Shown one piece after another: positions 37,792-46,300 of a stretch of 64,000 bases of DNA. How positions within the stretch are numbered: the stretch's first letter is position 1; each line of letters starts with the position of its first letter. Position numbers and translations under genes: made by a program. The notes under the pieces are model-generated. The model was not told the origin of the DNA. It searched no databases and saw only the letters and a program-made list of their open reading frames with translations. The stretch is from sequence record OP752703.1. One strand, written 5' to 3'.

Positions 37792-39096
37792 ATGGATTAC
37801 TCTCTACAAAACAAGATCGCTCGCCGCTTGAAGCAGCTAAAGCGTGACAATGTAAAGTTTATCTCAGGAACGATTGCTCCTGCACAATCCTGTACCGATG
37901 TTATGTCTATTGAGCCGGTACACACGGCTCTAGAATATTACGAAGAAAAGGATATGGACCTAAAGCTATCCGTCCAGCTAAAGTGGATGGGGTCGCGTGG
38001 TAGCATGTATCTCTTCCAAGGTAAGCTAGAAGATTCTTTCCTAGTAACACGTAGTGGTTTCAAGATCGGATACGGTTCTGACCGTCTAGAAGACTCGAAG
38101 AATTTCTTCAAGCATTGGTACAAGAAGGTATTTGACGATGCCGCCTTTGCTGGTGCCAGTGAAGTCATTCTAGATGGCGAGGCTATGCCGTGGAATGCAA
38201 TCGGTGAAGGTTTGATTCAGCGTCAGTTCGTTGGCTACTCAATGGCCGTGCATGCCGAAGTTGACTTCCTAGAAAAATACAATTTTGGCGATGCAATCCG
38301 TAATACGATTATGTCCGATGCTATGGGTGATTACGACAAGCTAGAGCCTGAACAAAAGAAGAAGCATCCGATGCGTGAGACTTATGAAATCATCGCAGAA
38401 GGTTTGGCTAATTACGATAACGATACTCAGCGTGAATGTATTGATAAGTTCGACACTCAGTTGGATAATTACAATCGTAATGAAAAGCCCTTCTTCGTAG
38501 CGTTCGACATTCTTCGAATTAAGTACCCGGACGGTACAGTAATGGTAGATGAAGGCTGGCTAGCTTCACACGTCACCAAATACAGCTTCCTGCGTACCAA
38601 GTGGCCTGCACCGGCTAAGAAGATGGTCAAGCGAATCATGGATGCTATCGCTGAAAAGAACGATTATGTGTCTGGTGATAATATTTCATTCAGGGATATT
38701 TTCGACATTGGCCTTCCTGTTGGGGCCGATTCGGATACCCAAGAGCAGTTGGAAGAGCTTATGGCTCTTGTTCAGAGCTTTGGGTTTGAAGGTATCATGG
38801 TTAAGCCCGAATTCCCTATGGATACCGATGCTGTTCACGCCATGAAAATTCGTAATCCCGAGTATCTACGTTTGATTTATGGTCATGACTATACGATTAA
38901 GGGTAAGTACGAAGCGCTAGTTGAAGGTAAGCGAACAGGTAAGAAGCGTAAGCTATCGCATAATGAATATCGCCTAGGTATTCAGATGCTAAAGCTGAAT
39001 GAATCTTCTCCAACCTATGAAGAAGACTTCGAGCGCATTGCCAAGAAGATTCTTTTCGACATTGAAGAAGAATCAACGGTTGATAGTCGTCTATAA
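37792..39096 (+). CDS. Pnkp-type RNA ligase (stand-alone ligase domain)
   Basis: KWMGSR (adenylylated Lys motif), DGEAMPW, EGIMVKP, KIRNPEYLRLIYG, C-terminal VDSRL. Confidence 0.85.
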   Translation: MDYSLQNKIARRLKQLKRDNVKFISGTIAPAQSCTDVMSIEPVHTALEYYEEKDMDLKLSVQLKWMGSRGSMYLFQGKLEDSFLVTRSGFKIGYGSDRLEDSKNFFKHWYKKVFDDAAFAGASEVILDGEAMPWNAIGEGLIQRQFVGYSMAVHAEVDFLEKYNFGDAIRNTIMSDAMGDYDKLEPEQKKKHPMRETYEIIAEGLANYDNDTQRECIDKFDTQLDNYNRNEKPFFVAFDILRIKYPDGTVMVDEGWLASHVTKYSFLRTKWPAPAKKMVKRIMDAIAEKNDYVSGDNISFRDIFDIGLPVGADSDTQEQLEELMALVQSFGFEGIMVKPEFPMDTDAVHAMKIRNPEYLRLIYGHDYTIKGKYEALVEGKRTGKKRKLSHNEYRLGIQMLKLNESSPTYEEDFERIAKKILFDIEEESTVDSRL

Positions 39097-39152
39097 CTCT
39101 TGATAATTATATCGGGTTGAGTACAATGGAGTCCTACAAACAAGGACAAACC

Positions 39153-39857
39153 ATGACTACTCAACCCGAAACCGTTTCTGAACCGCAGCTACTAGACAGC
39201 ATCAAGGACTTTGATGAATACATCCAGCTTGCTATCCGAACGGAATCCCCACAGTCAAATAAAACGGACCTCGAAGTCCTACGTATCGCTCTAGGCTTGA
39301 ACGCAATTACTGCTGATATCCTAGACGCTTTCAAGAAGCAAATCTTCTACGGAAAGGAAGAGAAGCTAAACGAAACTCTACTTCCTAACATCAATCAGAT
39401 CGCTAACCTAGTAATGCATCTAACCATGCTTCTACATGGTGTACCGGATGGTGAAGGTAATCTAGTCAAGGATGAAAACACCGGCCTGCATCTAGCCGAA
39501 GAACTACCGGGTGACATTCGTACCCTTCACGCTCTACTAGGTGTCATCACCGAAGGCGGCGAGCTAGCTGAAATCATGGTCAAGGCCATTGAGAATGAAG
39601 GTGAGATTGACGCAGTTAATCTACACGAAGAGCTACACGACATTAGCTGGTACAGTGCTATCGCCCATGACGCTAATGGTCTAGACTTCCTAATCGGTCT
39701 ACGCAACAACATCAACAAGCTAATCAAGCGTTACCCTCAGAAGTTTGATTCACACTTTGCTGCTAATCGTGATCTAACGGCTGAACGTGAGCAGCTTGCC
39801 GAAGGTCTAGTTGCTGAACGAAAGGCTCGCTCTGACCAGTCAGAGAATGATGAATAA
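39153..39857 (+). CDS. mazG: MazG-like nucleoside triphosphate pyrophosphohydrolase
   Basis: LLGVITEGGELAE...NLHEELHDISWY...NINKLIKRYP. Confidence 0.8.
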   Translation: MTTQPETVSEPQLLDSIKDFDEYIQLAIRTESPQSNKTDLEVLRIALGLNAITADILDAFKKQIFYGKEEKLNETLLPNINQIANLVMHLTMLLHGVPDGEGNLVKDENTGLHLAEELPGDIRTLHALLGVITEGGELAEIMVKAIENEGEIDAVNLHEELHDISWYSAIAHDANGLDFLIGLRNNINKLIKRYPQKFDSHFAANRDLTAEREQLAEGLVAERKARSDQSENDE

Positions 39858-39898
39858 TAATTAATTTCATAGTAAATAAACAGATAGGAGGCTTCACA

Positions 39899-40369
39899 AT
39901 GAACAAATCAATACTAGTGTTGACACTTGCTCTAATCCTATCTGGCTGTGGGAAAAAGACTGATGATGAAATTCGATACGATGCTATCGACCAACGTACA
40001 GTCAGATTTCTTGATAGAGCCGAGACAGGGTTAAAGCCTTGTCTCGATTCTATTGGAAACAAAAACAGCACGGATATGACTATCGCAATTAATTGTCAAA
40101 CAGCAGTCCAGTTGTATAGGAAGTACGGCGGACGCCCACATTTAGAACCACTACCCTTGACGTTGATTAGGGATAGTGATAAGATTCGCGCTATAAAGCT
40201 AGTTGACGATTTAGATATTGTCGATGCTAGATTTGCTGAAATTGAAGAAAAGTACAAAGACAACATGTACTTTAATCAAGTCCTAATGACTCAATCATTT
40301 GCCCAACAGGCAGCGGACACAGCATCATCTAAAATCGATGAAGCCAAAGAAGTTGACAGTAAAAATTAA
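39899..40369 (+). CDS. Lipoprotein
   Basis: Signal peptide with lipobox LSG-C; GGAGG RBS. Confidence 0.8.
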   Translation: MNKSILVLTLALILSGCGKKTDDEIRYDAIDQRTVRFLDRAETGLKPCLDSIGNKNSTDMTIAINCQTAVQLYRKYGGRPHLEPLPLTLIRDSDKIRAIKLVDDLDIVDARFAEIEEKYKDNMYFNQVLMTQSFAQQAADTASSKIDEAKEVDSKN

Positions 40370-40541
40370 GGCGCTTATAATGACTATTCGAGACTGGATG
40401 AAACAAAACATCATCGATACAAAAGCTAGATTACAGGAAGAAGAGGTTGAAATTCTCGAACAGAGGGTTTATAATTCTCCTGCACTAGACGAAGAGTCTG
40501 AGCGCGAACCACCATCAACTAACCTATACAAGAAAACTTAA
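40299..40541 (+). CDS. Hypothetical protein (start uncertain)
   Basis: Fills the gap between two genes. Confidence 0.45.
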   Translation: MPNRQRTQHHLKSMKPKKLTVKIKALIMTIRDWMKQNIIDTKARLQEEEVEILEQRVYNSPALDEESEREPPSTNLYKKT

Positions 40542-40543
40542 AT

Positions 40544-41131
40544 ATGACCAATCCTGCTATTATCCTTGACCTTGACGATACCCTAGGTAACATCAAAGAG
40601 CGTCTACAAAACATTTATCGTAAGAAGACTGGCCGTACTGACATTCACTACCGTGACTGGAAGGACTTTGGTTCGGTTCATTATGATTTCAGCTTTGATG
40701 ACCTAACTCAATTCTTCATTGAAGATAATACTCTACGACTAATGCGTCCACATGCTGGCACCATTGAAACCACTGCACGCCTAAAGTCACTAGGCTATGA
40801 TATTCACATTGTAACCGCACGTGGCTGGCACCCGGATGCTCAGGCTATTACCGAGGCTTGGCTAACCGAAAACAATATTACATTCGATCAAGTACATATC
40901 GTTCCGTTCGGTCAGTGTAAGGAAGAACTAACTCGTACCATCCCCAATATTGCATTCTTCGTAGATGATCGCATCGACCACTGCCTAGCTATGCACAAGT
41001 CGGGTCGAGTAGACAAGCAGGTTCTAGTTTATGCACAGCCGTGGAACGAAGATCAGTTTGTGGAACATGAAGGTAAGGACGATAGCTTCCAGCGAATCGA
41101 AGATATCCGCGAAATCCTACGATTCCTATAA
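40544..41131 (+). CDS. HAD-family 5'(3')-deoxyribonucleotidase-like phosphatase
   Basis: ILDLDDT, IVTAR, FFVDD, QPWN. Confidence 0.85.
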   Translation: MTNPAIILDLDDTLGNIKERLQNIYRKKTGRTDIHYRDWKDFGSVHYDFSFDDLTQFFIEDNTLRLMRPHAGTIETTARLKSLGYDIHIVTARGWHPDAQAITEAWLTENNITFDQVHIVPFGQCKEELTRTIPNIAFFVDDRIDHCLAMHKSGRVDKQVLVYAQPWNEDQFVEHEGKDDSFQRIEDIREILRFL

Positions 41132-41148
41132 TGGTATAAATCAGTCCT

Positions 41149-41185
41149 AGATTCTTACCCCTATATAATGGGGTAAGAATCTTTT
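41149..41185 (+). promoter_or_regulatory. 13-bp inverted repeat with TATAAT in the loop
   Basis: AGATTCTTACCCC-tatataat-GGGGTAAGAATCT(TTTT). Confidence 0.6.
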
Positions 41186-41199
41186 TAAAGGACTAGATC

Positions 41200-41484
41200 A
41201 TGCGACACATCAATAAAGAACGTTTCACAAAACTTGTTGACAAAGGTGCTATGCTTGTTGATATGCGTAGTCCTGTTGCTTTCCGCAATGGTCACATTGC
41301 CGGGGCAAAGAACCTAACTCTAAGACAGTTCGCTAATCATTTAATGACTGTTAAAGATAAAGCTACCACAATCATTGTGTATTGTGATACCTTCTGTGAA
41401 GATGATTTAAAGCATGCTTTAAACTATGCCAGTCAGTTGGGATTTGATAAAATACTAACTGCGGATTATCATTTTATAAAATAA
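41200..41484 (+). CDS. Rhodanese-domain protein
   Basis: LVDMRSPVAFRNGHIAGAKNL...IIVYC. Confidence 0.85.
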   Translation: MRHINKERFTKLVDKGAMLVDMRSPVAFRNGHIAGAKNLTLRQFANHLMTVKDKATTIIVYCDTFCEDDLKHALNYASQLGFDKILTADYHFIK

Positions 41485-41485
41485 T

Positions 41486-41511
41486 AAAAATCCCGCCTAG
41501 GCGGGATTTTT
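41486..41511. terminator. Bidirectional terminator between convergent genes
   Basis: AAAAATCCCGCC-ta-GGCGGGATTTTT. Confidence 0.85.
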
Positions 41512-41515
41512 TATT

Positions 41516-42529
41516 TTATTCAAATAATTCAATACATATACCATGATCGATACGGGTGGTCGTATTAGGTGCAAGTAACTGTAATGCAATACCTGAATTT
41601 TGCCACACTTCTGCTCTTAAAACGTCGCCTGCGGTTACAGGGAATATAGGGGTATTAAGGTCGCGGGTAAGTCCCACACCACCGGTAGTATCTCCTTCCA
41701 ATGCGATAGTTCGTTCAAATCCACAGCCCGGAATAGGATTATTATTCAATGTTATGCCAGCACTTCTAATACCGGTAGCATTATTACCAAATGTTACGCG
41801 ACCTGTTACGCGAGCATATCTAGCCCATGATGGCATCACGAACCCATCAACGCCATCCCATATATCGAATTGGTCATATACTTTAGTGTCCCATACTACT
41901 TTAGTGAATGCACCACTGGTGGTAGACTGTAATGCTCCTCTGCGATACATTGCGGCAGGTATTGCAGGGCCAATAGCACCACGCATTTTCTCTTGATATA
42001 AGGACGCGAAATTCGGCTTTCCACTTAATTCGGTCCATGAAGGAGTATAACTATTGGCTTTAGCTCCTACGTCTTCCGCAGTTAATGTGACGTTTCCAAT
42101 CTTACCATTAACCGCTGACACGGATTCATGGACGCCAATACGCTGCCATATCCCAGCAGCAAACATTACCAAATCACCTACGACAAATGTAAATGAACCG
42201 TTCCCAAAATTCTGAGTACCACCTACAGAAACTTTATAGAAATCACCTACAGCACCAGTACCATCAATCACTGTAGGGGTATTTGTACTTGCATCCCATG
42301 CACCCTTATATGTTAAACCAGATACATTCAAATATCTGAGAGGAATCGTACCAGATTCATCCAATTGAACGAATTCAGGTACATTTGTTAAATCGTCAAA
42401 TGACCCTGTTGATGCAACTGTAGCAATATTTAATAGTTTTGCTTTCTCTTGATCTGTGAATGCATTTGTGTTATTTTGAGACTCATATGCGACTTTAATT
42501 ACATTACCTAGAGTGGATAATTCAGCCAT
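41516..42529 (-). CDS. Tail-fibre/structural protein
   Basis: VASTGSFDDL, YKGAWDASTNTP..GDFYKV, W.ELSGKP fibre motifs; C1q-like beta tip. Confidence 0.65.
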   Translation of the reverse strand: MAELSTLGNVIKVAYESQNNTNAFTDQEKAKLLNIATVASTGSFDDLTNVPEFVQLDESGTIPLRYLNVSGLTYKGAWDASTNTPTVIDGTGAVGDFYKVSVGGTQNFGNGSFTFVVGDLVMFAAGIWQRIGVHESVSAVNGKIGNVTLTAEDVGAKANSYTPSWTELSGKPNFASLYQEKMRGAIGPAIPAAMYRRGALQSTTSGAFTKVVWDTKVYDQFDIWDGVDGFVMPSWARYARVTGRVTFGNNATGIRSAGITLNNNPIPGCGFERTIALEGDTTGGVGLTRDLNTPIFPVTAGDVLRAEVWQNSGIALQLLAPNTTTRIDHGICIELFE

Positions 42530-42535
42530 TACTTT

Positions 42536-43288
42536 TTAACCTCCATTAATATTATGTGTAACTGGAATTCCTTGATTTGTTACTATTTCTCCATTATTCC
42601 CCACAAATGTGGGTGATGATGGAGCAGTCCAAGTGTTTTGATACTGTATGGCAGGATCGTATACCTTTTCTGCCCACAAGGTAACACGCTGTCCTCGGCC
42701 AGAAAGGAAAGCACGAATATTCCACACTCTGCCTTGTTCGCGTAGCGTAATGATGGTGGTTTCGTTTGATCTTGCATACGTTAGTACGTCGAAGTTCAAT
42801 GGAGTCGTTGTTAAGTTATATGCATCATATGAATTAACATCTAGTGATGCATCATATACCGTAACTCTACGGAAATCGATAACCTCAGTCCCCGTAACTG
42901 TTTGCACCCACGCTTTACTATTGTTGGCATCATAATACGTATACACAATACGTACATTATTCATGGTCAAAGACAACTGAGAACCCGCTGAATTAATATT
43001 TCCGCTAGTAGCAAGGATTACCGGGGGAGGCGATGATAATCCGATTTTTGTAGGGGTTTGACCTCTCACGGTATTATGACCGTTACCTTCGAGGAAGGTT
43101 AGACCTTCCCCTAATAGTAAGTCTGATTCTTGATTGATAGGAACACCACCTAGAGTAACGCCGTCACCAACAAAGAATTGTTGTAAGTCTATATCCCATG
43201 CAGGCTCGCCATCATCTAATACCACTTGTAGTCTTTCAGCGGAAGTACCACGTCTAACTAAAATTTTACCTAACAAATTCACGTCCAT
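42536..43288 (-). CDS. Tail-fibre-like protein with an Mtd_N-type N-terminus
   Basis: ILVRRGTSAE...LDDGEPAWDID...FVGDGVT. Confidence 0.65.
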   Translation of the reverse strand: MDVNLLGKILVRRGTSAERLQVVLDDGEPAWDIDLQQFFVGDGVTLGGVPINQESDLLLGEGLTFLEGNGHNTVRGQTPTKIGLSSPPPVILATSGNINSAGSQLSLTMNNVRIVYTYYDANNSKAWVQTVTGTEVIDFRRVTVYDASLDVNSYDAYNLTTTPLNFDVLTYARSNETTIITLREQGRVWNIRAFLSGRGQRVTLWAEKVYDPAIQYQNTWTAPSSPTFVGNNGEIVTNQGIPVTHNINGG

Positions 43289-43304
43289 TCTAATTTCCTT
43301 TTAA

Positions 43305-46300
43305 TTATTGGAACTCGCCAGCATCGTACCCTTCTGACGGTTCTGCTGGCATTTCAGTACCGTCTAGCGTATTCTTGAAATCTTCTGGTTGGGTGGTATA
43401 TTGCATACCATCAAAAGATGCGTCGAATATATTAATTGTAATAACTTTATCTACTTGTGTAGTTACTGGGGTTGATTCTACACGGAATCCTACAGTATAC
43501 GTTCCGATTGTTGTAGGAGTTCCAGTTACCGCACCTGACTGCATATTAACTACAAGACCATCTGGTAATGGTTTGCTTGGATCGATAGTGAATATGTAAT
43601 TTGGGTTAGGTCCACCAGTAACACTTAGCTGGCCTTCATATGGGATTTTAACCATTCCCTCTTCTGGTATCTGCAATACATCAAGAACTAGTTGAGGAAC
43701 TGGCGAAGGCGTTGGCGTTGGGGATGCTTGGGCTGATGGAGTTACGGTATTACTTGGAGTTACTGTCTGTGTCACTGTCGGAGTAACCGAAGCAGTTTGG
43801 CTCGGAGTTACTGCCGGTGTTCCACTTGGAGTTACTGCCGGTGTTGACGAAGGTGAGAAGCTAATCGTCGGAGTTACTGTCGGAGTAATCGAAGCAGTTT
43901 GGCTTGGAGTTACTGCCGCTGTTTGTGTAGGTGTAGCCGTAGGAGACGACATTGGACTTGACGTTGGCGTTGGGCTTGGTAATACTGGAATAGTGTCTCG
44001 AATGCCAATGAACCCAATGTAAGTAGACGTTACATCGCTGGAATCATTTACATTACTTGAATATTTCCAAGATTGCGCACGCAGAATCATTCTATGTACG
44101 TCATAGTGTAAGTATGTCATATTCATTAGAGGATTATCGTAGTTAACAATGTTCAACTTAGCCCATGGTGAATGGGTGGTTGCATCCCAAAAAGTATGAG
44201 AATTTGTTGGTACGATATTAGTTCTAATGTAATCATAATTTACTACAGTGGTGGGCTGACCATCAACGATTTGTCCACTTTCAGAGATATATTCAAATGT
44301 GTAAGGGTCGAATGCATAAATTATATTACTATTATATGAAGACGCTAGCATTTTTGTAAAATCTGCCGAAGTAGTGATATGAGTAAATGTAGGTAGATTA
44401 TATGCGCTTACATCGGAAACAATGAAATCTGACCCAATTAGAGATTCATATCTCTTAGCAATGATCTTACTAGTGAAGCCGTCAGCGGAGCCATCATCTA
44501 CATTTACTGTAAAGATTACAGTGAAGTTCGGGTTAGGCGGCTGAGAGGTACTACCGATAAATTCACCAGCATTACCTAGATATCTTGCAGGAGCATTTTG
44601 GATAGTAAATGTTCCGTCACCATTATTTCTATTGATTGCTGTCATGATTAGAACTTCACCATCAACGGATGCAGTGGTCTTGGTGATGAAGTAAATTCTA
44701 TCATGTAATGTATTGGTTTCATCATCGTATGCTTTATCAACATACAATCTATCAATTGTTCCAAGTAAAACATTTCGTATCAGTGGTGATAGGTTGACCG
44801 TCTTAGTCGGTATAGGTAATGTTTGGCCTACCGGAGTAGTTGACCAATCTAAAAGATTGTTTTCTGTCAATTCCCACATATGCATTTGATATGTACCATC
44901 TGCCACATTACTCTCAGCCAAAATTAAAGAATTGCTACGAGGTAAGAAGGAAAAGTTACTGTACTTAATATCAGGATTGCTATTAGGTCCAGTGTACGCT
45001 AATTTGGTTACGTTATATCCATCGTCACTTAGAAGTGCAATAGTAAATTTATTTAATTCATCAGCGTGGTCAAGGGTAATGATTTTTGAAGTTTGTTCTA
45101 CTTCATTCCCATTCTCATCCTTTTCTACCAAGAAATAGCTGTTACGTACCATCAATTTATCATCATGGATTAAGCCTGTTGTGTCAGATGCTCTTGCGTT
45201 GTCTGATGGAACTGAATCACTTACATTACTTTCAATATAATATAGAGTGTTTTCAGTTGGAACTGGTGTCATTGATGGAGTTATTGACGGTGTTGGTGTT
45301 GGTGTTGGTGAAACATCGGGAGCTTCTGTTACGATAAACACAAGCTCCTTAGTGAACGATCCACCTACAGAATCGACCATCGTTACTGGAATGGTATGTG
45401 TTCCCGGTGTTCGGATGTAACCATAGAAGTACGGCTGTTGTGGATCAACAGTATCATCGAAAACTAATTCAGGATAATTCTCAGGAGTTACACTTGGAGC
45501 AGAGAATGTATATGGAGCAATACCACCGCTTGGATTTACTGTAACCTCGATATTAGATGTAGTTTCTATTTCTTTAGCACCACCGAACCACATATCTAAC
45601 GTCTCTTGGTATACGTAAATGGTTACCATTTCAACATCATATTTAGAACCGGAGTCTACACGAACGCCTATTTCATACGAACCCGCCGCAGTAGGTACGC
45701 CAGAGATTACACCACTGCTAATATCTAATGTTAATCCCTGCGGTAGACCTCCTGACCAAATTGAGTAGGTGTAAATTCCATTACCTCCACTAGCATTTAG
45801 CTGGGATGCGTAAGGTTGATCTATAACGCCCCTAGATGCAGCAACATCCGTAACATTCAATATTACGTCAGGGATTCCCGAAGGAGTTACTGACGGTGTT
45901 GGTGTAGGAGTAGGTGTATTAGATATAGAAACTGATGGAGTTATAGTTGGTGTTACTGAAACGAATGGAGGGACAACGCCACCTTTTTCAGAATAGACAC
46001 TTTCGATTCCATTTACAACTGCCTTAATTCGGAACAAATAGGTTTCACCCGGCTGTAAACCTATACCGCTTAATGTCATATGGCGAGGCCAGTCAAGCTC
46101 AGGGTTTTCCTTGAAATCAGCATATACTCTCCATAACTGATCTTCATTAGGTGCAATAGTTTGCCACAAAATCTGGTCAGGTTTCGGATTAAGCGTACCT
46201 TGCCATGAATTGATATCAATCATAGCACGTACTAGTGTTGTATACGGATCGAAATAGAAGGTCCAATCATCATCAAGGAACGGAAGAACTACTAATGCTG

